This document shows positions 53,677-64,000 of a stretch of 64,000 bases of DNA, piece after piece. Position numbers and translations under genes: made by a program. Every line of letters starts with the position of its first letter. Position 1 is the stretch's first letter. The stretch comes from a virus, in IMG/VR virus record IMGVR_UViG_3300021961_000038, positions 1 to 64,000 of that record; one strand, given 5' to 3'. Below the pieces are notes generated by a model, which did no database searches, was not told where the DNA came from, and saw only the letters and a list, made by a program, of their open reading frames with translations.

Positions 53677-56600
53677 ATGGCATATAGCGAAGACAATCAA
53701 ACACCAATAAGTGTTGAAAATAAAGACAAGCACCGTAATAGTGCTGATCTTTTACCTTTGTATTTTAGAACTGAAGCAAATAAAAAGTTCTTAGGTGCAA
53801 CACTTGACAGTTTAATTTCTAAAGGTAATTTAGAAAGATTAAACGGTTATGTTGGTTCAAGATATTCTAAAAATAGCAAACCCTCAGACGTTTATATTCC
53901 TGAACCAACTAATAATAGAAGAAGATATAATTTTCTTCCTAGCGTTGTAATTCGAGATGATTTTGCGGATAAGACAGAATGGGTAGCAACGTATGATGAT
54001 CTAATAAATCAAATTAATTATTTTAACGGTGAAACAACCAATCATAGTAGATTAACATCAAGCGATTATTACGTATGGAATCCACTAATTGATTTTGACA
54101 AGTTTGTTAATTACCGTCAATATTATTGGCTACCTAATGGTCCTTCTCCGGTAACAGTAACAGGAAATTCTGAAGGTACTACAAGCACATTTCAGGTAAC
54201 AAACAGCGGAAACGAAGCATGGGTGTTTACGCCTAACGGTTTTAGCAAAAATCCTATATTAACATTGTATAGAGGTGCAACATATGTCTTTGATGTTAAT
54301 GCAGTAGGACATCCTTTCTATCTTAAAGTATCAAAACAGATTGGTGCAGTAGATCAATACAATGATGGTGTACAAAATAACGGAACAGAAGTAGGAGTAG
54401 TTACTTTTACAGTACCGTCATCTGCTCCAGACACATTATATTATGTCTGTGGTAGACATCAATCAATGCAGGGATTTTTTGAAATTAAAAATGCCGAAGA
54501 AGAATTAACGGTTAATATTAATACAGAAATTTTAGGTAAGAAAGAATACACCAGTGCTAACGGTGTTAAGTTTACTAACGGACTTAAGGTTAACTTTGAA
54601 GGAGAGGTTACTCCTACAACTTATAAGAATAGAAATTTTTATGTTGAAGGTGTTGGAGATAAGATAAAACTTATTCCAGAAGATCAATTAAGAACTCCGG
54701 AAATTTACAGTTCAAACTTTGACTATGAGTTTGATGTTGAAGAATATGATGACACTCCGTTTGATGATGTTGAGAGTTATCCAACAAAGCAAGAATATAT
54801 TACAATTAACAGAAGTGCTCAAGATAAAAATCCATGGAGCAGATATAATAGATGGGTTCACAAAGATGTTATCGAAGCATCTGCAACATACAATAACACA
54901 GTTATTGTTCTTGATGAAAATCAACGTGCAAAAAGACCTATTATTGAATTTAATCCTAATATTAAATTACATAACTTTGCCTCTTATGGTAGAGATTATA
55001 TTGATCTAATCGATACTCGAACAACAGATGTTATGAGTGATGTTGAAGGGTCAATTGGATACTATGTAGATGAAGTTATTCTTAAAAAAGGAATGCGTAT
55101 TATTTTCAATGCAGATCCTGATATTACTGTTAAAGGTAAAATTTATGAAGTAGACTTTGTTGAATTTGAAGGTAAATCAAGAGTACATTTAGAAGAAGTA
55201 TATACTCCTGTTGTAGGCGACGGTGTTGTTGTTGTCGACGGCGAAGGTAATCAAGGTAAGAGTTGGTTTTATAATGGAACAACTTGGATTCAAGGACAGC
55301 AGAAAACTTCTTTAAACCAAGCACCTAAATTTGATTTATTTGACAAAGCAGGTAATAGTTATTCAGATGAAACTTATTATAGTGGAACAACATTTAAAGG
55401 TAATGAACTTGTTAGTTACAAAGTAGGTAGCGGATCCAATGACGTAATTTTAGGATTTCCTATCTCCTACCAAAACGTAAACAACGTTGGTGATATTGTT
55501 TTTGAATTTGATTGGGACGATAATACTTTTAATTTTACAGACAATACAACAATTAAAACGGTTGACACAGCAAGTGGATATGTTAAAATCTTTTCTGATG
55601 CTACAACAAGTCGTTATGAAGGCGGATGGTTAAAAGCAAAACAAAAAACAAGACAAGGTATTATACAGTTAAATGATATTGAACAAGCAACAAATACATT
55701 ACAAATAGTTTGTATTGATAATCCACATCTTTATCTCAATGATATGGAGATCACAATTGAGTTTAATGATAAGGTATACAAACCAACAACTGACTTTAAT
55801 CTTATTACAAACGAAGTTACAAACACAGTATCTTTGGTGTTTTCAAGTGTAACAATACCTGCAAATACAAGAACAGTTTTAAAAGTTCATACAAAACAAA
55901 AACCAAATGCAAATGGTTTTTATGAACCACCTCTTAACTTAACAAACAATGCTGAAAACAACGACTTAACTACATTTACTTTAGGTAGTATAAGTGACCA
56001 TTTCAAAACTATATTTGAAAACAATGTTAACATTACAGGCGAAGCATTTGGACCTAACAATTCAAGAGATTTAACAAATATTCATGTAAGTGGATTACGC
56101 TATGTTAAACACGGTGGTTCGTTATTGAATAGTATTTTTAGTTTAGTTGATTATGATACTAATCTTATTAAAGCAATTAGAAAACAAGCAAAAGATTATA
56201 ACTTCTTTAAAGAACAGTTTTTAGTTAAAGGCTTAGAACTTGAATTATCAGGTAACGTAAGCAATGATGTTGACGACATTCTTTATGCAATGTCATTGGA
56301 TAAAAAAATATCATCACCTTATTACTATTCTGATATGGCTGGATTTGGTAAAAAAGTATCCATTAGAGAATATACAAAGTCAGCACCAACACAACAGGTA
56401 TTTGGTTTAGATTCTAACTTTAAAATTTCCGAACTATCAAATAGATCAATCTATGTTTATGTTAATGATCAACAATTATATTATGGTCAAGATTATGAAT
56501 TTGATCCTGTCGATAACGGTGTAACTATTTTAAAGAAAACAGCAGTTGGCGACAAAATTACAATCAAAGATTATGATACAGTTGGTAACGTCATTCCACA

Positions 56601-59600
56601 AACACCAACTAAGTTAGGATTATATCCTAAATTTAAACCAGAAATTTATACTGACACGTCTTATGTAACTCCTCGTGAAATGCTTAAAGGTCATGACGGA
56701 TCAATTACAGCAACATACGGCGATGTAAGAGATGACTTATTATTAGAATTTGAAAAGAGAATTTACAACAATATTAAAGTTTCTTACAACAGAGATGTGT
56801 TTGATATTAATGAATACATACCAGGTGCATTTAGAGATACAGAATATTCTTTAGAAGAATTTACAAGAATTATGCGTAATGATTTTGGATCATGGGCATC
56901 ATTATATCAAGTAGATATCACAACAAATAATGTAACGGATGTTGATAATCTTTTTACAATAAATTATAATTCAACATTAGATACAATTAATAACGAATTA
57001 TTGCCAGGTTACTGGAAAGGAATCTATAATAAGTTTTACGGAACATGGAGACCTAATATTGCTCCGTGGGAGTGTTTAGGTTTTAGTGAAAAACCTGATT
57101 GGTGGGAAAGCGAATACGGTCCAGCACCATACACTTCTGGTAACAAAAAATTATGGGATGATATACAACTAGGAAGAATACGATATAAAACAGGAGAACA
57201 AATTAATCCTGTTTATGCGAGATCAAAACTGTCAAGCATTATTCCTGTTAATGAGTATGGTGATTTATTAGATCCTGTTAGAGTAGGAATTGTTGGAGAA
57301 CTTAATAATGCAACATTAACTAGAGACTTTGTGTTTGGTGATTTTCATCCAGCAGAAATTTCTTGGAGAACATCTAGTTGGTATCCATATGCATTACAGA
57401 TTGCATTAGCACTAACTAAACCTGCACAGTATTTAGGTAGTTTGTTTGATACATCACAAAATGAAATTGCACCTAGTGGAAGTTTATTGTATAAATCATC
57501 AGGAAAAATATTAGATTTAACTGATGCAAAAATACACACATTAGATTATAATAATGTAAAGCACTTTGGGTTAGGCTATCATGTTTTTGTTGTTGAGTAC
57601 TTAAAAAGTTTAGATAAACCTGTTAGTGAAAGTTATTACACAAAAATTTCTAAAACAAGTATGAACTTGGTTTATAAGTTAGGCGGCTTTGCGGCTAAAA
57701 GCAGATTGCGTGTTTTATTAGAAAGTTCAAACCCTGACAGCAAAGAAACAAGCATTTTCTTACCGGCAGAAAATTACGAATTAAAATTTAGAACATCTAA
57801 TCCTGTAAAATCATCAAAACTAAGTGGAATTATTGTTGAAAAAACAGAAAGAGGATATCTAGTTAGAGGATATGATAATTTACAGCCTTACTTTACAGTT
57901 TATGATCCAATCCATCAAAAGGACGATCCTGTTATTAATGTTGGCGGAACAAGTGCCAAATATGTTTTATGGACTAGAGAGAAATTCTATGGCATAGGAC
58001 AAATTGTCGAATCAGGCGGAAGATATTATCGTTGTAAAGAACAGCACACAAGCACGAATGAATTTGATCCTAGCAAATTTACAACATTACCAAATCTTCC
58101 TTTAACAGGCGGTGCCGAAGTACAAAAACCAAGACGATGGAAAACTAAATCTAAAGTTGTTCCATACGGCACAACTTATCAAAAAATACAGGATGTTTAT
58201 GATCTTATCTTAGGTTATGGTAAATGGCTAGAAGATGAAGGTTTTATATTTGACAAATATCTATCAGAATTATTAGAAATTCAAAACTGGGAATTCTCTG
58301 GTAAAGAATTTTTATTCTGGACCACACAAGGATGGTCATCAAACAGTGTTATTGCATTGGCTCCTTTTGCAGACGGAATTAAATTTAGTTTCAGTGCAGG
58401 ACAAGTTGACAATGTATTAAACAGTTTTTATGATTATACTATTTTAACAGCAAGTGGTAGTATATTACCGCGTGATCAATTTAGCACAACAAGACAAGAC
58501 GGTGCGTTTACAATTAGACCTCGCGATACAAATAACGGAATTTATTTTATACAATTAAATCTTGTACAAAAAGAACACGTTATTGTATTTGATGATAAAA
58601 GTCAGTTCGGTGATATTCTTTATGATCAAGAAGCAGGTTATAGAGCAAAACGTATTAAACTATTAGGGTTTAAAACTAGTGAGTGGAATGGTGATTACTA
58701 TTCTCCAGGTTTTATTTACGATGAAGCACAAATTACAGATTGGTTACAGTTTAAAGATTATTATCTAGGTGAAGTTGTAAGATATAAAAGCGTTTATTAT
58801 AGTGCTAAAAAGTTTATTCCTGGAGTAGATAAATTTGAAATCAATGATTGGATATATCTAGGAACAAAACCGATTGCTGAACTTTTACCAAACTTAGATT
58901 ATAAAGCAAGTTCTTTTGAAGATTTTTATAGTTTAGAAAGTGAAAACTTTGATGTTAATCAAACTAAATTTGCACAACATTTGGTAGGATATCAAAAGCG
59001 TACATATCTTGACAATTTAATTCAAGACGAAACTACACAGTATAAATTCTATCAAGGATTTATTAAAGAAAAAGGAACAAAAAATTCAATTGAAAAAATT
59101 CAACGTTTAAGAATTGAAGGCGTTGACACAAACATTGATATTGACGAAGAATGGGCATTTAAGGTCGGAAGTTTAGGAAGTAATTCGACTGTTAAAGAAA
59201 TAGAGTTTGCATTAGATGAAACATTAAATGTCGATAATCCTCAAGGTTACGATTTTGTTTCTCAACGATCTACAGGAACTACAAGCAGTAACATTATTAA
59301 GTTATTATCAAAAGATATTGCTGTTAAGCCATCGGACTATAATAACAATCCTTGGCCGTTGTATGATAGATCAGTATCTGAAAACACCATTGATTATCTT
59401 CAAAAACTTCCTGTTGCAGGAACACCTAGGCTTGATGATGTAACAATAACGCTTTTTAATTATGATGATATTATTGGTAACGCTGTTGTAAATTCTTTAA
59501 AAGAAGGAGATACTATCTGGCTTGCTAAAAATAAAAGAAAAGATTGGGACGTTTTAAGATTAACAGGACTTAGATCTAGATTAACACAAACAGAAAACAA

Positions 59601-62600
59601 AACACCTAGCATTGACGGTAACGGTATTGTAACACTATACACAGATTTACCGCACGGTTTATCACAAGGATCAATTATTTCAATTAAAGACTTTGATCCT
59701 TTAATTGATAATGTTTATGAAGTTAATAGTGTATTAAGTTCTGATACATTTACTATAAGAACAGATTATGATACATTACCTTTGCAGTCTGATAGTTCAA
59801 CAGGCAGTTTATTAGAATTTGTTTCAATCAGATTAGCAAACATTGACGATTTAAATGATCTAAAAGAAGTAACAGAATTTGCTGTGGGAAGTAAAGTATT
59901 TGCTGATTCAGATTCTAACGGTAATTGGGGAGTATACGAAAAGTCAACAGCATTTGTAAGAAACAAATTTGGATGTGTTAATAACATTCCTGATCAATCA
60001 TTTGGTCAAACAGTTATTTCTGGAGACTCAGGAAGATTAATTGTTGTTGGTGCAACACAGGGCGGCGATGAAGGTAACGTTTATATATTAAGAAGAAAAT
60101 TTAATACTGATATATCAACACTTGAAGGAGTACAAGGTTTTGCTCTCAGTGCCAACGCACTAGACAATCTTGTTGATGGAAGACCTAAGTTCGGTTGGAG
60201 TTTAGCACTATCACAAACAGATACACATTTGGTTGCAGGTGCACCGTTTGCCTCAAACTTTAGATCTACAAGCGATTCGAATAAACCTAAATTCTTTTTT
60301 GGAGCAACAGGTTCTGCTGTTCAAGGAAGCGTAAAATCAGGCGTTATAAAAGTTTTAAAATACAACACACTAACAAACTTGTATGATACAGAATATGTTT
60401 TAGGATCACCAGATCCTCAATCAAATGCAGAGTTTGGTTATTCTGTTGCTATTTCAGATACAAGATTATTGGTAGGTGCCCCTGGACAAACAGGAGATCA
60501 AGGTAATGTGTTTATTTTCGAAAAAGTTAATGACGATTGGCGTGTTGCAACAAACTATAAATTAGGATTTTCAAATGCTAGATCGGGAGATAGATTTGGT
60601 GAAATTATTGCTTCATCAAAAGACCTATCAACTATTGCCGTAAGTGCGTCAGGCTATGAAGTAAACGAGGATAGCACTTATGACATTTCAGAAGGTGCTG
60701 TTCATATCTATACATATAACACATCAACATCTTCATATGATTTATTGCAATCACTAACAGCATCTACACTTGGTCTTGGAATAACAACAGGAGACCAATT
60801 TGGTAGAGCAATTTCTTTAAATGATGACGGAACAGTTTTAGTTGTTGGTACACCTTATAGTGATATTAAGACTAATAACAATGGAGCAGTATACTACTTT
60901 AAAAAATCAGGTAATACATTTGTTCTTGATCAAGTAATACTTTCGCCAGAAAAACTTTTAGGAGAAAGATTCGGAACCAACATTTCTTTGAATTCTGCAG
61001 GTGATTCTTTTGTGGTATATGCTGAGGGCGGTAGAAACGAAACCGAAACAGTATTTGATCAATACATTACACCAAATAATCCTGCTAGTGGTGAGAACGA
61101 TTTCCCAACTACCTTTGATGCAAACACAACAAAGATTACAGACTTTACACAAGCAACAGGTACAGTTTACTCTTATACTAAACTAGGAACTAAATTTGTG
61201 TTTGGTCAAAAGTTGGTTAGTTATGATATTTCAACTAATGATGGTTTTGGTCAAGGATTAGATTATTCCACTAATAGTGTATTAATTGGTGCACCGCAAG
61301 GAAATCTTGATACAGGAGAGCAAACTGGTACGTTATATGTTTACCAGAAAGAAAAAACTGCTGGTTGGAATCTATTAAGACAAGAAACAGAATTTACTAA
61401 CCCTTATAAAATTAAAAACGTATTCACATATGATACAACAAAAAGTGAAGTAAAAGATTATTTAGAAGTGTTAGACCCTGCTAAAGGAAAAATTCCTTTC
61501 CTAGCAGAAGCAGAATTAAGTTACAAAACAAACGTAGATCCGGCAATTTATAGCGTTAGTGATAAAAATGTAAATGTTAATGAGAATAAGCCTTGGACTG
61601 ATGAACACGTGGGCGAGTTGTGGTGGGATTTAGACTCGGTTCGTTATGTTTATTACGAACAAGGAGATACAGAATTTAGAACTAATAACTGGGGAACATT
61701 ATTTCCTGGATCGTCAATTGACATCTATGAATGGATTGAATCAGACATATTACCAAGTGAATGGAATGAAATTGCAGACACCAACGAAGGTATTGCAATA
61801 GGATTTAGCGGACAAGCAAGATATGATAACAACACACTAGCAGTTAAACGTGTGTACAATTCAACCACAAATTCATTCCAAACAAGATATTACTATTGGG
61901 TTAAAAATTCAGTTATTGTTCCAGATGAAAATAACAAAAGAAGAATTCCTGCAATTGAAGTAGCGAATATCATTACTAATCCTATTGCTTACGGAATTAA
62001 AAGTTTACAAGTTTTAAGTAAAAATAGTATTAGTTTGTCTAATATTAAAACTACATTAGCAGATAAAAATGTAAGTATTGCAATTTACTATTCTAATGTT
62101 GAAACAGATTTACCTGAACACAACGAGTGGTTACTATTAAGAAATAATCAAACTGCTAAGATTGATCATAGTTTATTAATCAAAAAATTATACGACAGTT
62201 TAGTTGGTTTTGATGATCAAGGAAATGCTGTTCCGGATCCTAACTTACCTGCACAACGAAAATACGGATTACAGATACGTCCAAGACAGTCTATGTTTAA
62301 AGATAGATTACAGGCGTTAAAAGTAGTGCTTACATTTGTTAACCAAGTAATGACAGGTGAAAGAATTGTTGATACTAAAAACATTTCAAAACTTCGTCAA
62401 AACGACCCACAACCAACTGCTATTTCAGGAAAATATGATGTTAAGGTTGATAACTTTAGCGATATAGAACTTATTGGAACACAGGAACTAATTCAAGGCA
62501 AACTATCGCCAGTGTTTAAAAATGGTCGTTTAAGTAAAGTTAATATTGTAACACAAGGATTTGGTTATAAAATTGCACCAGAAGTAGTTATTGTTGGTGA

Positions 62601-64000
62601 CGGTTCCGGAGCAAAAGTTCAAACTACTATTGATAGCAAGGGAAAGATTACCGGAGTTGAAATTCTAAAAACAGGAAAAAATTATACAACCGGCGAGTTG
62701 ACGGTTAGACCATTTAAAGTATTAGTAGATGTTGACGAAACAGCAAACAACTATTGGACAATGTACGAATGGAATTCGTCAACAGAATTGTGGACAAGAA
62801 CTAATACACAAACTTATGATTTATCACGTTTTTGGTCATATGCTGATTTTAAATTACCTACCTTTGATCTAGATACTATTATCAATTACAAAATTTCAGC
62901 ACCTTACCAGTTAGATACTATTGTTCCAACTGTTGGAGATTATGTAAGAATTGAAAACGCAGGCGACGGTAACATTATGATTCTACAACGTGTTGAATCA
63001 GGTGGAAGTTATAACAATGAGTATGAACTTGTTTATAAGCAAAATAGCACAATTAAGTTTAATGAAAACTTATATGACTATTCGTTACTAAATTTTGGGT
63101 TTGGTGGTTTAGAAAATTTTGATATTAACTTGTTTGATGAACAACCAATTACAGAAACTAGATTAATTTTAGATGTAATTCAAAACTATATTTTTGTTGA
63201 CGAGTTACGTCCTAAGTGGAATGATTTGTTCTTCATTGCAATCAAGTACGCAATGAGTGAACAGTTATTTGTTGACTGGGTATTTAAAACAAGTTTTGTT
63301 AATATTAAAAACAACATCGGCGGGTTTAGTAGAAAACTAAACTACAACTTAAACGATCCTGCATATATTGAAGAATATATCAAGGAAGTTAAACCGTACC
63401 GTTCGAGCATTAGAGAATTTATTACTTCATATGAAACGTTAGAACAAAGCAACATTGGTAACACAGACTTTGACTTACCAAGTTACTATAATAGTGAAAC
63501 TAAAAAGTTTGAAGTTTTAGATACTAACAGTGTTAAAATATCTGAGCAACCTTATGTTAATTGGTTCGACAACTATCAATATAGTGTTGGAGAAGTAAGA
63601 ATTAGTGACTCAGGCGAAGGGTATACACAAAATCCTTTGGTTGTAATAACTGGAGGTAGAGAAGTAAAACCAGATATCTTACAAACCAGTCCTTTCTTAA
63701 GTTTGGTTGATACAGATTATGATGCTACACATTTCTACATCAAGACCAGTAATATTCCTAATCATAATTTTGATTCGGAAAAACTTGAAAGACAAAATTA
63801 TATTTTTAAAATTGCTAGAACACCACAACAAGCAACTACTAAGGTTAGCACACAATTAGGTCCTATTGCTGTTGCAACTAACGGAGTTGTTATGTTTAAT
63901 CCTAAAGCACTTGAAAAAGAAAATAGAAATGGTGTTGCGTATCAAATTAATGCAGTTGCTAGTCATGTAGAACTTGGTATTGATGACGGGTCGGGTCATG
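53677..64000 (+). CDS. Giant baseplate wedge protein (gp7-like position), >3,440 aa, runs off the window
   Basis: ATG at 53677 (MAYSEDNQ...LLPLYFRTEANKKFLGATLD). It is absent from the ORF track, consistent with no in-frame stop before 64000; frame spot-checked by hand. Contains a cupredoxin-like module, CBM-like repeats, 7 FG-GAP-like repeats, EVKPYRS.IREF and the start of a YHYH-like domain. Confidence 0.85.
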   Translation, partial: MAYSEDNQTPISVENKDKHRNSADLLPLYFRTEANKKFLGATLDSLISKGNLERLNGYVGSRYSKNSKPSDVYIPEPTNNRRRYNFLPSVVIRDDFADKTEWVATYDDLINQINYFNGETTNHSRLTSSDYYVWNPLIDFDKFVNYRQYYWLPNGPSPVTVTGNSEGTTSTFQVTNSGNEAWVFTPNGFSKNPILTLYRGATYVFDVNAVGHPFYLKVSKQIGAVDQYNDGVQNNGTEVGVVTFTVPSSAPDTLYYVCGRHQSMQGFFEIKNAEEELTVNINTEILGKKEYTSANGVKFTNGLKVNFEGEVTPTTYKNRNFYVEGVGDKIKLIPEDQLRTPEIYSSNFDYEFDVEEYDDTPFDDVESYPTKQEYITINRSAQDKNPWSRYNRWVHKDVIEASATYNNTVIVLDENQRAKRPIIEFNPNIKLHNFASYGRDYIDLIDTRTTDVMSDVEGSIGYYVDEVILKKGMRIIFNADPDITVKGKIYEVDFVEFEGKSRVHLEEVYTPVVGDGVVVVDGEGNQGKSWFYNGTTWIQGQQKTSLNQAPKFDLFDKAGNSYSDETYYSGTTFKGNELVSYKVGSGSNDVILGFPISYQNVNNVGDIVFEFDWDDNTFNFTDNTTIKTVDTASGYVKIFSDATTSRYEGGWLKAKQKTRQGIIQLNDIEQATNTLQIVCIDNPHLYLNDMEITIEFNDKVYKPTTDFNLITNEVTNTVSLVFSSVTIPANTRTVLKVHTKQKPNANGFYEPPLNLTNNAENNDLTTFTLGSISDHFKTIFENNVNITGEAFGPNNSRDLTNIHVSGLRYVKHGGSLLNSIFSLVDYDTNLIKAIRKQAKDYNFFKEQFLVKGLELELSGNVSNDVDDILYAMSLDKKISSPYYYSDMAGFGKKVSIREYTKSAPTQQVFGLDSNFKISELSNRSIYVYVNDQQLYYGQDYEFDPVDNGVTILKKTAVGDKITIKDYDTVGNVIPQTPTKLGLYPKFKPEIYTDTSYVTPREMLKGHDGSITATYGDVRDDLLLEFEKRIYNNIKVSYNRDVFDINEYIPGAFRDTEYSLEEFTRIMRNDFGSWASLYQVDITTNNVTDVDNLFTINYNSTLDTINNELLPGYWKGIYNKFYGTWRPNIAPWECLGFSEKPDWWESEYGPAPYTSGNKKLWDDIQLGRIRYKTGEQINPVYARSKLSSIIPVNEYGDLLDPVRVGIVGELNNATLTRDFVFGDFHPAEISWRTSSWYPYALQIALALTKPAQYLGSLFDTSQNEIAPSGSLLYKSSGKILDLTDAKIHTLDYNNVKHFGLGYHVFVVEYLKSLDKPVSESYYTKISKTSMNLVYKLGGFAAKSRLRVLLESSNPDSKETSIFLPAENYELKFRTSNPVKSSKLSGIIVEKTERGYLVRGYDNLQPYFTVYDPIHQKDDPVINVGGTSAKYVLWTREKFYGIGQIVESGGRYYRCKEQHTSTNEFDPSKFTTLPNLPLTGGAEVQKPRRWKTKSKVVPYGTTYQKIQDVYDLILGYGKWLEDEGFIFDKYLSELLEIQNWEFSGKEFLFWTTQGWSSNSVIALAPFADGIKFSFSAGQVDNVLNSFYDYTILTASGSILPRDQFSTTRQDGAFTIRPRDTNNGIYFIQLNLVQKEHVIVFDDKSQFGDILYDQEAGYRAKRIKLLGFKTSEWNGDYYSPGFIYDEAQITDWLQFKDYYLGEVVRYKSVYYSAKKFIPGVDKFEINDWIYLGTKPIAELLPNLDYKASSFEDFYSLESENFDVNQTKFAQHLVGYQKRTYLDNLIQDETTQYKFYQGFIKEKGTKNSIEKIQRLRIEGVDTNIDIDEEWAFKVGSLGSNSTVKEIEFALDETLNVDNPQGYDFVSQRSTGTTSSNIIKLLSKDIAVKPSDYNNNPWPLYDRSVSENTIDYLQKLPVAGTPRLDDVTITLFNYDDIIGNAVVNSLKEGDTIWLAKNKRKDWDVLRLTGLRSRLTQTENKTPSIDGNGIVTLYTDLPHGLSQGSIISIKDFDPLIDNVYEVNSVLSSDTFTIRTDYDTLPLQSDSSTGSLLEFVSIRLANIDDLNDLKEVTEFAVGSKVFADSDSNGNWGVYEKSTAFVRNKFGCVNNIPDQSFGQTVISGDSGRLIVVGATQGGDEGNVYILRRKFNTDISTLEGVQGFALSANALDNLVDGRPKFGWSLALSQTDTHLVAGAPFASNFRSTSDSNKPKFFFGATGSAVQGSVKSGVIKVLKYNTLTNLYDTEYVLGSPDPQSNAEFGYSVAISDTRLLVGAPGQTGDQGNVFIFEKVNDDWRVATNYKLGFSNARSGDRFGEIIASSKDLSTIAVSASGYEVNEDSTYDISEGAVHIYTYNTSTSSYDLLQSLTASTLGLGITTGDQFGRAISLNDDGTVLVVGTPYSDIKTNNNGAVYYFKKSGNTFVLDQVILSPEKLLGERFGTNISLNSAGDSFVVYAEGGRNETETVFDQYITPNNPASGENDFPTTFDANTTKITDFTQATGTVYSYTKLGTKFVFGQKLVSYDISTNDGFGQGLDYSTNSVLIGAPQGNLDTGEQTGTLYVYQKEKTAGWNLLRQETEFTNPYKIKNVFTYDTTKSEVKDYLEVLDPAKGKIPFLAEAELSYKTNVDPAIYSVSDKNVNVNENKPWTDEHVGELWWDLDSVRYVYYEQGDTEFRTNNWGTLFPGSSIDIYEWIESDILPSEWNEIADTNEGIAIGFSGQARYDNNTLAVKRVYNSTTNSFQTRYYYWVKNSVIVPDENNKRRIPAIEVANIITNPIAYGIKSLQVLSKNSISLSNIKTTLADKNVSIAIYYSNVETDLPEHNEWLLLRNNQTAKIDHSLLIKKLYDSLVGFDDQGNAVPDPNLPAQRKYGLQIRPRQSMFKDRLQALKVVLTFVNQVMTGERIVDTKNISKLRQNDPQPTAISGKYDVKVDNFSDIELIGTQELIQGKLSPVFKNGRLSKVNIVTQGFGYKIAPEVVIVGDGSGAKVQTTIDSKGKITGVEILKTGKNYTTGELTVRPFKVLVDVDETANNYWTMYEWNSSTELWTRTNTQTYDLSRFWSYADFKLPTFDLDTIINYKISAPYQLDTIVPTVGDYVRIENAGDGNIMILQRVESGGSYNNEYELVYKQNSTIKFNENLYDYSLLNFGFGGLENFDINLFDEQPITETRLILDVIQNYIFVDELRPKWNDLFFIAIKYAMSEQLFVDWVFKTSFVNIKNNIGGFSRKLNYNLNDPAYIEEYIKEVKPYRSSIREFITSYETLEQSNIGNTDFDLPSYYNSETKKFEVLDTNSVKISEQPYVNWFDNYQYSVGEVRISDSGEGYTQNPLVVITGGREVKPDILQTSPFLSLVDTDYDATHFYIKTSNIPNHNFDSEKLERQNYIFKIARTPQQATTKVSTQLGPIAVATNGVVMFNPKALEKENRNGVAYQINAVASHVELGIDDGSGH

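Noticed and set aside
53677-64000. Apparent 10-kb gene desert or stop-codon recoding suggested by the ORF track
   Set aside because: It is one continuous plus-strand ORF with no stop inside the window; all other genes read normally in the standard code.

Overview
This 64-kb window is part of a large, AT-rich T4-superfamily (Tevenvirinae-related, probably jumbo) myophage genome, read in the standard genetic code. The left ~36.5 kb (minus strand) is a late structural block: tape-measure-like gene, portal (gp20), acidic core protein, prohead protease (gp21), scaffold (gp22), major capsid (gp23), then a long fibre/adhesin cluster. That cluster holds two paralogous ~2,100-aa fibres, three Cys/Gly-rich adhesin-like paralogues, a GT-B glycosyltransferase and a NodU/TobZ-type carbamoyltransferase. 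The centre carries gp26/gp51-like genes joined by a likely -1 frameshift, a ~500-nt highly structured non-coding region directly downstream of a GIY-YIG nuclease, and gp46/gp47/gp55. The right ~21 kb (plus strand) is a baseplate module (gp54/48-, gp53-, hub-, gp5-, gp25-, gp6-like) plus a >3,440-aa wedge protein that runs off the window. The best leads are: (1) the pseudoknotted ncRNA/hairpin locus behind the GIY-YIG gene; (2) a candidate virion-modification system (Cys-rich adhesins, glycosyl- and carbamoyltransferase, recurrent [D/E]DS[S/T] loop motifs); (3) a G/GT-style frameshift in gp26/gp51; (4) a fixed TAAATA-N5-ATG leaderless late-promoter architecture; (5) structured 5' leaders on two structural genes. 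All family calls come from motif recognition by eye; no database search was run.
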